Both the position numbers and the translations under genes were made by a program. From Pedosphaera sp. (lineage in GTDB: Bacteria; Verrucomicrobiota; Verrucomicrobiia; Limisphaerales; SIBH01), in contig JANOQV010000288.1 of the NCBI GenBank assembly GCA_031414955.1, forward strand, positions 1 to 61,714: a DNA stretch of 61,714 nucleotides. The letters are read 5' to 3'. Of this stretch, positions 27,651 to 37,522 are shown piece after piece. The notes below the pieces were generated by a model that saw only the letters and a list, made by a program, of their open reading frames with translations, had not been told where the DNA came from and searched no databases. Position 1 is the stretch's first letter. The number at the start of each line of letters is the position of its first letter.

Positions 27651-30299
27651 ATGGCTTCACGCAAATGTCCCATTTGTGCAGCGTCGCTGGCGGAAAATGC
27701 GAAGGGCGAGGTTTGTCCGTGCTGCGTGGCGCGCACATGTGCATCGTTGTTCGACGAACCAGCCGGCACCACCGCATCCTTCGAAATTGCACCTGACAAT
27801 GGCCCGCGTCTGGAGATGCTCGAGGCGCTCGGCGCAGGCGGCATGGGCGAAGTTTTCGCCGCGCATGACAAGATGCTCGACCGTACCGTGGCGCTGAAAC
27901 GCCTGCGCCCGGAGCGAGCGCGCGACGGCCATTTCATCGCGCGGTTTGAAAATGAAGCGCGCGTGCTGGGCCGCCTGGAGCATCCCGGCATCGTTCCACT
28001 TTACGAAGCGGGCTTTGATGTCGAAGGGAAGCCCTTCTACACCATGCGCCGCGTGCAGGGCGTGACGCTCAATGACGTGCTGAACCGCCTCGCAGAGGAA
28101 AATCCCGAATGGCTCGCGCAGCATCCGCTGCCGGCGCTCCTGACCGTGTTCCAAAAAATCTGCGACGCCATTGCGTTCGCCCATTCGCGCGGCGTGATCC
28201 ACCGCGACTTGAAACCGGAGAACATCATGCTCGGCGCGTTCGGCGAGGCGCTGGTCATGGACTGGGGACTCGCGCGTTGCGCAGGCGCCCAGGAGGGCAG
28301 CACCGGGGCGGAAGCGGCCGAGGATGCGGCGGGGAGTCCCGCTTTGACGCTCGACGGCGCGGTGATGGGCACGCCGTCGTTCATGGCGCCGGAACAGGCG
28401 GACGGCCGGATTACGGAACAGGATGAACGCACGGACATTTTTGCACTGGGTGGAATTCTCTACGCGATCCTGGCGCTGCGGGCGCCTGTGAACGCGGAGT
28501 CCGTCGAGGAGGTGCTGCGCAAAACGCGCAGCGGCGAGATCGTTCCACCCGGCGATCTTGGAAACGAGCGGGGCGGTTCGGCCAGTGCGAAGTCCTTCGC
28601 ACACTGTCCGGGCGGTAGAATTCCGCCGCCGCTGTCCGCCGTGGCGATGAAAGCGCTGGCGCTGCGCCGCGAGGATCGATACCAGAGCATTGCTGAATTG
28701 CAGCGCGACGTGGCCGCGTATCAAAACGGCTATGCGACCTCGGCTGAAGACGCCGGGCTGATGCGGCAACTGGGCCTGCTCATCAAACGCCATCGCGTGG
28801 CCGCATTGACGACCGCGGCCGTGCTCATCCTCATCGCCGGTTTCATGGCGAGAATTGCCGCGAGCGAACGGCGGGCGAGTTCCACGCTCGCGCAGTTGCG
28901 CAAAACCATCCCGCTCCAGCGCGCGGAGGTGGACGCGCTCATTCGCGTGCACAAGTTCGACGAGGCGTTGCCGAGGCTGGCCTTTCTCAACTCGCTCGCG
29001 CCGGATGAACCGGAGTTTCACGCGCTGCGCGGAAACGCGAACCAATCGCTGCTGCGGTTTGCCGACGCAGCTGCGGCCTACGAAGAGGTTTTGCGACTGA
29101 ACAAACACTTCCCGCACGCGACAGAGAACATTTCACTCTGCCGGGAGATCCTTGCGGCCCACGGGAACGCGCGCCGGTTACCGGAGGCAACCTTTCTCAG
29201 CATCCGCACCGCGTTCGACCTGCAGAAGCGATTCGCCGAGGCGGCGGCGATGCAGCAGCAGGGGCAGGCGAGCCGCAAGCGCATTCTCGAAATGTGGAAG
29301 CAGCGGCTGCGCGAAGGCGGACTGCGGGAGAGCAGGGTCAGCACGCTCGCAATGCGGGAGGACGGATTGTTTGAATTGGATGCCAGCGGGGTCGCGACAT
29401 CGAACCTGACGTTCCTGCAAGGAATTCCACTGTGGAAGCTGATGATTGATAACACCAGCGTCACCGATCTTTCGCCGCTGCGCGACATGCCGTTGCACGA
29501 ACTGAGCGCGCGGAACGGTGCGTTGTTCGCGGACTTGGGACCGCTCCAGGGACTGCCGCTGCGCCGCCTCGCCATTCATGGGGCACCGGTGCGTGACTTG
29601 CGTCCGCTGTGGGGCATGAAACTGATTGACCTGGATTTGATCGGACTCGACGTGAGGGACATTGGCCCGTTGCAGGGAATGCCGCTGCACAGGCTCCGGC
29701 TTCAGTGCAGCAAGATCGCAAACTTCGAACCGTTGCGCGGCCTGACCGATTTGCGCGACTTGACGATCACTTCTGACGCGTTGCGTGACATCACCCCGCT
29801 GCGAGACATGCCCCTGACACAGGTTGAACTCGGCGGGCGGGAGATTCGCAGCCTCGAAGGGTTGCGGGGCAAACCACTCTCTTCTCTGCGGGTGAACGCG
29901 CCATTGGTCAATGACTTGAGTCCCTTGCAAGGCATGAAACTCCAGACCGTGCATTTGAACTGGACAGCGGCGACCAACTTCGCCGTGCTCCGCGGGATGC
30001 CGGTGGAAGACTTCTATCTTTCGTCCCACCTCCCGTGTGATTTGCGCCCGCTCGCCAGTCTCCCGCTGACACGCGTAGGTCTGGAAGCCACCAACGTCCT
30101 CGATTTCAGCCCCCTGCTGGAATGTCGCAAGCTGGAGAGTATCGCGCTTCCGGCCAGCAAGCGTGTCGAAGTGCTCCGGCAACATCCCTCGATCAAGCTG
30201 CTGAAGTTCTGGTGGCAAAACTGGGACGCTGCGCATCCGCCTGCTGAGTTTTGGCGAGCCTTCGACGAGAGAAAGCGCCAGGGCAAAGTGCTGGATTGA
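27651..30299 (+). CDS. Hanks-type Ser/Thr kinase with Zn-ribbon-like N-terminus, TM helix, TPR-like segment and internalin-like LRRs
   Basis: CxxC..CxxC; LGAGGMGEV, VALK, HRDLKPEN, DWGLA, GTPSFMAPEQ; repeated 'DLSPLRGMPL..L' LRR units. Confidence 0.92.
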   Translation: MASRKCPICAASLAENAKGEVCPCCVARTCASLFDEPAGTTASFEIAPDNGPRLEMLEALGAGGMGEVFAAHDKMLDRTVALKRLRPERARDGHFIARFENEARVLGRLEHPGIVPLYEAGFDVEGKPFYTMRRVQGVTLNDVLNRLAEENPEWLAQHPLPALLTVFQKICDAIAFAHSRGVIHRDLKPENIMLGAFGEALVMDWGLARCAGAQEGSTGAEAAEDAAGSPALTLDGAVMGTPSFMAPEQADGRITEQDERTDIFALGGILYAILALRAPVNAESVEEVLRKTRSGEIVPPGDLGNERGGSASAKSFAHCPGGRIPPPLSAVAMKALALRREDRYQSIAELQRDVAAYQNGYATSAEDAGLMRQLGLLIKRHRVAALTTAAVLILIAGFMARIAASERRASSTLAQLRKTIPLQRAEVDALIRVHKFDEALPRLAFLNSLAPDEPEFHALRGNANQSLLRFADAAAAYEEVLRLNKHFPHATENISLCREILAAHGNARRLPEATFLSIRTAFDLQKRFAEAAAMQQQGQASRKRILEMWKQRLREGGLRESRVSTLAMREDGLFELDASGVATSNLTFLQGIPLWKLMIDNTSVTDLSPLRDMPLHELSARNGALFADLGPLQGLPLRRLAIHGAPVRDLRPLWGMKLIDLDLIGLDVRDIGPLQGMPLHRLRLQCSKIANFEPLRGLTDLRDLTITSDALRDITPLRDMPLTQVELGGREIRSLEGLRGKPLSSLRVNAPLVNDLSPLQGMKLQTVHLNWTAATNFAVLRGMPVEDFYLSSHLPCDLRPLASLPLTRVGLEATNVLDFSPLLECRKLESIALPASKRVEVLRQHPSIKLLKFWWQNWDAAHPPAEFWRAFDERKRQGKVLD

Positions 30300-30375
30300 G
30301 GGCGCAGGAACAATTTTCACGAAACTTTGTTACTTCACGTCACCGCGATGGTTTTAGAAGGCGAAAACCATCGTT

Positions 30376-32097
30376 ATGAAAAACAAACTACAGAACATCA
30401 GCCAGAATCCGCGCCTGGGCGCACAAAGAAGGCCGCAGATCGTGGGTGCGGCGTTCTTGCTTCTATTCGCGACCGTTCACTTGTCCGGCGCGGTACTGAC
30501 GGTCACCAATACAGCCGACAACGGCCCCGGCACCCTGCGCCAACGCCTCGCCGAGGCCACCAACGGAACCGACACCATCGACTTCGCCGTCACCGGCACC
30601 ATCAACCTGACCAGCGGCGAATTATCAATCGTGACCAACCTGAGCCTATGTGGTCCTGGGGAATCAAATCTGATTGTGGACGCAGGTTTTAGGAGCCGTG
30701 TTCTGCGGGTGGCTGGCGGGGATGTCCAGTTGTCGGGGTTGACTCTCGCTCATGGATTCGCCGGATCGCTTGAGCCGGAAATGTTCGATGATGGCGGTGG
30801 AATTCTGAATGCGGGTTCGCTGGAGTTGCGCCACTGCCGTTTCATGACCAACCTGGCTTACGGCGGCGGCGGCGCCATTCTAAATACGAAGCGACTGGTT
30901 CTGATCGATTCCAGCTTTGAGGGAAACATCGCCCTTGCCGGAGGTGCGCTCTTCCACAGCGGGATGGACACAGTGACTGTTAACAACACGAGTTTCCTCG
31001 GGAATAGTGTCGATGCGGATGGGGACGGCGGAGCCATCGGCAATGTTGCGGGAACGCTCAACATTTCGAACTCAACCATCGCTTTCAATAACGCTCCCGC
31101 CGGAAATGGAGGCGGAATCAGAAACGGCGGGACGGTCAACATGCACCGCACCCGCGTCAGCAACAATGGAGCCGGCGATTTCGGGGGCGGAGGCATTTCC
31201 AACGACGGGACGGTGGCGATGAATGAGTGCAACGTGTTGAACAACTACGCGAATTTGGGAGGAGGGGTGTTGAATTCTGGGAACTTGCGGATCACCAATT
31301 CCACCTTTCTGGCAAACAGCGCATTTTTTGGCGGCTTTGCACTGTATAATTTGGCCACATGCGTGATCGCAAACACCACAATCTCGGCGAACGCGTCGCA
31401 ACTCGGTGGAGGCGGAGCCATCAACACCGGAGGGTCCAGCCTCATCTCCCTTCTCAACTGCACCATCTACAACAATTCTCCGGGTGGAGTCGCCAACTTC
31501 GGACTCATCGACGCAAAGAACTGTATTATCGCTGGCAATGGCCCTTGGGATGCACTCGGCCCTTTCACCTCGTTGGGATACAATTTTATTGGTCGAACGA
31601 ATAATGGCACAGGATTTACAAACGGGGTGAACAACGACCTGGTCGGCCCGACGTCAGTTCCTATTAATCCTCTGCTCGGCCCGCTGCAAGACAACGGCGG
31701 GCCGACGTGGACGCACGCGTTGCGGCCCGGCAGCCCGGCGCTGGACGCGGGCCACCGCAGCGGCCTGTCCACCGACCAGCGCGGCGGCGCGCGGGCCGTC
31801 CTCTCAACCACCAACACCCCGCCCAGCGATGGCAGCGACATCGGCGCGTTCGAGGCCGGCGGCTTCGTGCGGCTCACTTCCCTCGCCCGCACGAACGGCA
31901 GCGCGCACCTGCAATTCACCAAGGACGCCACCACTGCCCCCGTGCCCGTCTATCACGTCCAGCGCCGCGCCGCCTTCGGCGCGGGCGATTGGGCGGACCT
32001 GCCCGGACCCATTGGCGACACGAACACACTCGTCCCATTCCTCGATACGAGCGCGACGAACGGGCAGAACTTCTACCGCGTGCGCGTGGGGCCGTAG
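30376..32097 (+). CDS. Secreted beta-helix (CSLREA/choice-of-anchor Q-like) protein
   Basis: Signal peptide, VTNTADNGPGTLR, repeated GGGI.N.G.L...N motifs, PLLGPLQDNGGPT.THAL.PGSPALDAG, TDQRG, DIGAFE, C-terminal FYRVR. Confidence 0.85.
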   Translation: MKNKLQNISQNPRLGAQRRPQIVGAAFLLLFATVHLSGAVLTVTNTADNGPGTLRQRLAEATNGTDTIDFAVTGTINLTSGELSIVTNLSLCGPGESNLIVDAGFRSRVLRVAGGDVQLSGLTLAHGFAGSLEPEMFDDGGGILNAGSLELRHCRFMTNLAYGGGGAILNTKRLVLIDSSFEGNIALAGGALFHSGMDTVTVNNTSFLGNSVDADGDGGAIGNVAGTLNISNSTIAFNNAPAGNGGGIRNGGTVNMHRTRVSNNGAGDFGGGGISNDGTVAMNECNVLNNYANLGGGVLNSGNLRITNSTFLANSAFFGGFALYNLATCVIANTTISANASQLGGGGAINTGGSSLISLLNCTIYNNSPGGVANFGLIDAKNCIIAGNGPWDALGPFTSLGYNFIGRTNNGTGFTNGVNNDLVGPTSVPINPLLGPLQDNGGPTWTHALRPGSPALDAGHRSGLSTDQRGGARAVLSTTNTPPSDGSDIGAFEAGGFVRLTSLARTNGSAHLQFTKDATTAPVPVYHVQRRAAFGAGDWADLPGPIGDTNTLVPFLDTSATNGQNFYRVRVGP

Positions 32098-32164
32098 TTG
32101 GTAATCATCGGCCATCCGTGGACGGCACGTCAGGACGGTGAACGCCAATCTCGTCTCTCGCCTC

Positions 32165-32570
32165 CTAAAACGCCCCGCCCCGGCTTTTAATGGCCAACGC
32201 TCGTTCCCGCTCCAGCAGGGTCGGGTGCGAGTAGTAGAAGCGGCTGTAGAGTGGATGCGGCGTGAGATTGCTCAGGTTCTTCTCGTTCAGCTTGCGGAGC
32301 GCGCCGGTGAGCGACTGCGCCTCGCCCATGACATCGCGGGCGAAAGCATCGGCCTCGTATTCGAAGCGGCGCGACCAGAGCTTCAGCAAAGGCGTGAGCC
32401 AGAAGCTCACCACGCCCGAGAGCAACGCGAACAATCGGAAGGCGGCCCGCGAGCCGACGGCGAAAAAGCTGCGGAAAAACCAAAGCCCAACGCGGGATGA
32501 AACCACGCCTGCCGGCCAGGCAGGCGAGGGCGGCGAATACTCCCGGCCCTGACCTCGCCAGTAGCTGCAC
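32165..32570 (-). pseudogene. C-terminal fragment of an M48/Ste24 metallopeptidase
   Basis: [40 protein letters not shown]. No HExxH motif or N-terminal half; upstream part appears to be in another frame. Confidence 0.8.
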
Positions 32571-32709
32571 GAGGGGGGCGCTTCTGGAAAGGCCGGTTAC
32601 ATGCGAGCAGGGTGTGTCGAACAGGACGACTTTGCAGAATCGCCCGCCCCGGTGCAGCAGGCCTTTGCGTGCAGGGCAGACGCATCAAAATGTTTGGTTC
32701 CACGGGCTA

Positions 32710-32813
32710 AAAATCCAAATCCCAAATAAGCTCTCAATTCCAAACTCCCATGGGAGTGTGAACGCCTGGTTTTGGAATTTGGGCCGTTGGAATTTATTTG
32801 GGATTTGGGATTT
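32710..32813. repeat. Inverted heptamer-repeat element (AAATCCC.. / ..GGGATTT)
   Basis: AAATCCAAATCCCAAATAA...TTGGAATTTATTTGGGATTTGGGATTT; same family as 51069-51206. Confidence 0.8.
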
Positions 32814-32944
32814 CGTGCGAAACACCCCGGAATTAGATGCGTCTGCCCTGCATTTGCGTGGCTCGAACATTGACGGCCATCCGCCGCCGTCCGGAGGATG
32901 TGCTTCTTCAAAAACTTTTGGCGCAGTTTGGGACGGAACCACGC

Positions 32945-34546
32945 ATGATGAATGGAAGGGTGAACTTGAAAACTGAATCGAATTTAATCCCCGAACGGGG
33001 CGGGCGCACCGGCTTGGTGATAAGCGGCGCATTGCTGTTGGCCACCATTTGCCTGTCCGCACAGCCCAACGCTCCACAGGATGGGCCGCCGCGCGGATTC
33101 GGCCCGGGACCGGGCGGGCCGGGCGGGCCGCCCATGGGCGTGCAGGCGGACCGCAAGCTGGTGACGCAGTTTGACCAAAACGGCAACGGCCGGCTGGAAC
33201 TCGCGGAACGCAAGGTCGCGCGGACATTTCTGGCCGCGGAGAAAGCCGAAGGTCGCGCCCCGCGTCGTCCCGGGCCGCCGGGCAGGAGGAACGACAATTC
33301 CCCACCGCCTGAACCGGGTCCAAAATTCTCCCAGGCCGAGGCTAAGTCCTTCCCCGGCGCACCGCTCTACGACTTGAAGACGCTGCGCACGCTGTTCCTT
33401 GAGTTTGAAAGCCCGGACTGGGAGAAGGAACTGGCCGACTTTGTTCACACCGATGTGGAGGTGCCGGTGAAACTGACGGTGGACGGCAAGAGCTACACCA
33501 ACGTGGGTGTGCATTTTCGCGGTGCATCCTCCTTCTTCATGGTGGGCGAGGGGCGCAAGCGTTCGCTCAATCTCTCGATGGATTTCGTGCATCCGGACCA
33601 GCGGCTTGAGGGCTATCGCACCCTCGACCTGCTCAACTCGCACGGGGATCCGACCTTGCTCCGCGCGGTGCTCTACTCGCAAATCGCCGGCGGATACCTG
33701 CCCACGCCCAAGGCCAATTATGTGCGCGTGGTCATCAACGGCGAGAGTTGGGGCGTGTATGTGAACGTGCAGCAGTTCAACAAGGACTTCACCAAGGAGG
33801 CCTACGGCTCGACCAAAGGCGCACGGTGGAAAGTACCCGGCAGCCCGCGCGCCAGCGCCGCTCTGAAATACACCGGGGACGATGTGGCGGAATACAAGAA
33901 GCACTATGAAATCAAGACCAAGGACGATCCAAAAGCGTGGGCAGAGTTGATCAAACTTTGCCGCGTGCTGAGCGAGACACCGACCTCCGAACTGGAGAAG
34001 AAGCTCTCGCCGTTGCTGGACCTTGAGGGCACGCTCAAGTTTCTTGCGCTGGAAAGCGTCTTCATCAACAACGACGGCTATTGGGTGCGCGGCAGCGACT
34101 TCAATCTATCTCTGGACGCGCAGGGCCAGTTCCATCTCGTGCCGCACGATGTCAATGAGACCTTCAGCCTGCCGGGCGGGCCGGGCTTTCGAGGCGGACC
34201 GGGCGCGCGCGGGGTCGAACTCGATCCGTTGACCGGTGCCGATGACGCCAGCAAGCCGCTGCTGAACAAACTCCTCGCCGTGCCCGCGCTCAAAGCGCGC
34301 TACCTCGGCTACGTGAAGGAGATCGCGACCCGCTGGCTGGACTGGAAAAAGATTGGGCCGCTGGCCGAGCAGTATCAGGCACTCATCACGACCGAGGTGA
34401 AGCAGGACACCCGGAAGCTGGAGTCTTACGAAGATTTTATCAGCGCGGTGAAGGACGACGGCGAACAACGCGAAGGGCCCGGCCCGGGCCGACGCATCAG
34501 CCTGAAGAACTTCGTCGAGCAGCGCCGGACGTACTTGGTGAAGTAA
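32945..34546 (+). CDS. CotH kinase-family protein with an N-terminal EF-hand-like segment (start uncertain)
   Basis: FDQNGNGRL, NVGVHFRGASS, KRSLN, VINGESWGVY.NVQ, N.DGY....SDF.L, PHDVNE. Confidence 0.85.
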   Translation: MMNGRVNLKTESNLIPERGGRTGLVISGALLLATICLSAQPNAPQDGPPRGFGPGPGGPGGPPMGVQADRKLVTQFDQNGNGRLELAERKVARTFLAAEKAEGRAPRRPGPPGRRNDNSPPPEPGPKFSQAEAKSFPGAPLYDLKTLRTLFLEFESPDWEKELADFVHTDVEVPVKLTVDGKSYTNVGVHFRGASSFFMVGEGRKRSLNLSMDFVHPDQRLEGYRTLDLLNSHGDPTLLRAVLYSQIAGGYLPTPKANYVRVVINGESWGVYVNVQQFNKDFTKEAYGSTKGARWKVPGSPRASAALKYTGDDVAEYKKHYEIKTKDDPKAWAELIKLCRVLSETPTSELEKKLSPLLDLEGTLKFLALESVFINNDGYWVRGSDFNLSLDAQGQFHLVPHDVNETFSLPGGPGFRGGPGARGVELDPLTGADDASKPLLNKLLAVPALKARYLGYVKEIATRWLDWKKIGPLAEQYQALITTEVKQDTRKLESYEDFISAVKDDGEQREGPGPGRRISLKNFVEQRRTYLVK

Positions 34547-34959
34547 CGGGCGAATCTTTGGGTTCCATTTTTATCCGCTTCTCCAGCGCGGGCGTGCGAT
34601 GCGCGAAATTCGCGCAGGATGCGTGAGCAGCGCACACCATTTCCTACTCCTCTCCGCAAAATCCCAGCAAATGCAGCATGGCAATCATCGTGCTAATGGA
34701 AAGGCGCATGGGATTGGCAACATAGGCACTGCTTGGGTGGCGGCGACCGGAGTTGCCCCGGTCGCCGCCAATTACTTTTTGCAGCCACGAGCGCGCTTGC
34801 AACAGATTGGGTGAGCGTGCGGTGAGCGTGGTCTGTGAACGAATGAACGGTGGCTGGATTTTCGTCTGTCATGGGCCGGCCACCGTTCTTCGTTTGCCCT
34901 CGCCTGGCTTGCTGGCGGGCACAGCCCTGCTGGGCGCATTTTAGAAACTACCATCAAAA

Positions 34960-35006
34960 CGAGACTGGAAAGTCTCGCTACCTGCCGGCTAGAAAGCCGG
35001 CGCTAC
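34960..35006. repeat. REP-like double palindrome (family C)
   Basis: CGAGACTGGAAAGTCTCG-CTACCT-GCCGGCTAGAAAGCCGGC-GCTAC; near-identical to 49875-49921. Confidence 0.85.
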
Positions 35007-35113
35007 GTGAGAATCCGTAAAGTCCGTGGCTCTTTGGTTTCGGCACCGGCGCACTGGGCTTAACTGATTTTCTGCGATTCCCTCCCGCTTTTCCGCCGTG
35101 TTACCGTCGCCGG

Positions 35114-35896
35114 GTGAGTTCGGATTCAAAAAGCATTGGCCGGGTCAATGTCCTCGGTGTGGGCGTTTCAGCGCTGAACCTGCCGCTGGCCGTGGCGGCG
35201 GTGGACGACGCGCTGCGCGAGAAACGCCGGGGCTACATTTGCGTGACCGGCGTGCATGGCGTGATGGAGTCGCAGCAGGACGCGGAATTGAAGCGCATTC
35301 ACAACCGCAGCTTTCTGACCACGCCCGACGGCATGCCGATGGTCTGGATGGGGCGGCAGCAGGGCGTGGCGCACATGGGCCGGGTGTACGGACCGGACCT
35401 CATGCTCGAAGTTTTCCGGCTCTCGGAACAACGCGGCTACAAACAGTTTCTCTACGGCGGCAACGAAGGCGTGGCCGAGGCCATGCGCGCGGAAATGGCG
35501 CGGCAGTTTCCCAAACTGCAGGTGGTGGGAACCTATGAACCGCCCTTTCGCCCGCTCACGACAGACGAGGAGCGCGACCTGATCGCGCAGGTGGCCGCGG
35601 CCAAGCCCGACATCCTCTGGGTCGGCCTGAGCACCCCGAAGCAGGAGCGGTTCATGGCGCAGTATCTGCCCAAGCTCGACGTGACTTTGATGGCCGGGGT
35701 CGGAGCAGCCTTCAACTTCTACACCAAGAGAGTGCCGCAAGCGCCGCGCTGGATGCAGCGCTCGGGTCTGGAATGGTTCTACCGTTTCGTGAACGAACCG
35801 AGGGTGCGCCGGCGTTATCTCACCATCGTGCCGCGTTTCCTCTGCGCGGCTCTCGCGCAGCAAAGCGGGCTGAAGCGCCATGAAATGGTTCCATGA
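35114..35896 (+). CDS. WecG/TagA/CpsF-family glycosyltransferase
   Basis: PDGMP, RVYGPDL, WVGLSTPKQE, GVGAAF, QAPRWMQ.SGLEW.YR. Confidence 0.92.
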   Translation: MSSDSKSIGRVNVLGVGVSALNLPLAVAAVDDALREKRRGYICVTGVHGVMESQQDAELKRIHNRSFLTTPDGMPMVWMGRQQGVAHMGRVYGPDLMLEVFRLSEQRGYKQFLYGGNEGVAEAMRAEMARQFPKLQVVGTYEPPFRPLTTDEERDLIAQVAAAKPDILWVGLSTPKQERFMAQYLPKLDVTLMAGVGAAFNFYTKRVPQAPRWMQRSGLEWFYRFVNEPRVRRRYLTIVPRFLCAALAQQSGLKRHEMVP

Positions 35897-35915
35897 GTTC
35901 AGCCCGCCGCATTTC

Positions 35916-37511
35916 ATGATTCATTGCGTCATCGGTTCCGGTCCCGCCGGCGTGGCTTGCGCCAAGGCGCTGCTGCGCCGCGGCGCGAAGGTGCTCATGC
36001 TCGATGCCGGTCTGGAACTGGAGCCGGAGCGGGCGCGACTCGTGGCCGAAATGGGGCGGCGACCGCCGGCGGGTTGGAGCGACGAGCACTTGAGTCTGCT
36101 GAAGGAGAACACCCAGGTCACAGGCAAAGGCATTCCGCTCAAGCGCGTCTTCGGATCGGACTTCCCCTATCGCGGGGCCGAGGAACATCTGCCGACGGAG
36201 TATCGGGGCGTGGCTTCGCGGCCTTCGCTGGCCCTGGGCGGATTCAGCAATGTCTGGGGCGCGGCCATGTTGCCTTATCTGGACCAGGACATGGAGGGCT
36301 GGCCCATCAGCGGCCGCGCTCTCGCGGAGCATTACCGGGCGGTGGTCGAGTTCACCGGGCTGGCGGGACGGAGCGATGATCTCGAATCGCTTTTTCCCCT
36401 GCACACCAGCCAGGCCGGGCCGTTAAATTGCGGACGGCAAGCGCAGGCTCTAGTCGCCAGCATGGAGCGGAACCGGGAGGCGTTGCGCAAGGCCGGTCTG
36501 CACTTTGGGGCCGCGCGAGTGGCGGTACGTGCGGCGCGGCGCGCGGATGAACCGGGCTGCATCTATTGCGGTCTGTGCATGTACGGCTGCGCCTATGGCC
36601 ACATCTACAACAGTGCCGACACCGTGCGACAGATGCGGGCGGAACCGAACTTCAGCTATCAGCCCGGGGTGATTGTCACGGCGCTGCGCGAGTCGGAAAA
36701 TAGCGTGCGGATTGAAGGTTATCTCCGCGACACGCGAGCGGGCTTTTCCCAGGAGGCGGGCCGGGTGTATCTCGCGGCGGGGTTGCTGCCCAGCACGAGA
36801 ATTCTGCTCCACTCCCAGGCCGCCTACGACGAGACGCTGGTGGCGCGCGACAGTCAGTACTTCCTTTTCCCCCTCCTGCTTCTGCGCCGGCCGGGCGACG
36901 CGCGTTCGGAAGCGCTGAACACGTTGAGCCAGTTGTTTCTCGAAATCCAGAACCCGCGCATCAACCGGCACACCGTCCATCTCCAGATTTATTCGTACAA
37001 CGATCTGGTCGGCCAGGCGGTGCGCCAGAAGTTCGGGCCGCTGGCGCGCCCGTTGGAATTCCTCGCCCGCCAACTCGAGGACCGCATGTTGATTGTGCAA
37101 GGCTACCTGCACTCGGATGATTCCCCGGCCTTGCGCATGACCTTGCGCAAACGGGCCGACCACCCCAACGACTTGATGGAAGTCGAGGCCGAGGCGAATC
37201 CAGCCACGGCCAAAGCCATCGGTCGCGTGCTCAGACTGCTCTTGAGCCAGGCGCGCAAACTGAAGGCGGTGCCGTTGCGGCCGATGCTGCAAGTGGCCGA
37301 GGCTGGGCGCGGGTTTCACAGTGGCTCCTCGTTTCCCATGCGGGCGCGGCCGGGGCGGTTCGAGAGCGATGTGCTCGGACGTCCGCCAGGCTGGCGGCGC
37401 GTGCATGCGGTCGATGCGAGCGTGCTGCCGGCCATCCCGGCCACGACCATCACGTTTTCCGTCATGGCCAACGCGCACCGGATCGGCTGGGAGGCTTCGG
37501 CCCTCCCCTGA
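35916..37511 (+). CDS. GMC-family FAD oxidoreductase
   Basis: VIGSGPAG, GGFSNVWG, CIYCGLC..GC, H.GSS.PM, VDASVLP, ANAHR. Confidence 0.85.
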   Translation: MIHCVIGSGPAGVACAKALLRRGAKVLMLDAGLELEPERARLVAEMGRRPPAGWSDEHLSLLKENTQVTGKGIPLKRVFGSDFPYRGAEEHLPTEYRGVASRPSLALGGFSNVWGAAMLPYLDQDMEGWPISGRALAEHYRAVVEFTGLAGRSDDLESLFPLHTSQAGPLNCGRQAQALVASMERNREALRKAGLHFGAARVAVRAARRADEPGCIYCGLCMYGCAYGHIYNSADTVRQMRAEPNFSYQPGVIVTALRESENSVRIEGYLRDTRAGFSQEAGRVYLAAGLLPSTRILLHSQAAYDETLVARDSQYFLFPLLLLRRPGDARSEALNTLSQLFLEIQNPRINRHTVHLQIYSYNDLVGQAVRQKFGPLARPLEFLARQLEDRMLIVQGYLHSDDSPALRMTLRKRADHPNDLMEVEAEANPATAKAIGRVLRLLLSQARKLKAVPLRPMLQVAEAGRGFHSGSSFPMRARPGRFESDVLGRPPGWRRVHAVDASVLPAIPATTITFSVMANAHRIGWEASALP

Positions 37512-37522
37512 GCGAGCTGGCC

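Noticed and set aside
34679..34694. Sigma54-like motif TGGCAATCATCGTGCT
   Set aside because: About 420 nt from the next gene and imperfect; cannot be supported without TSS data.
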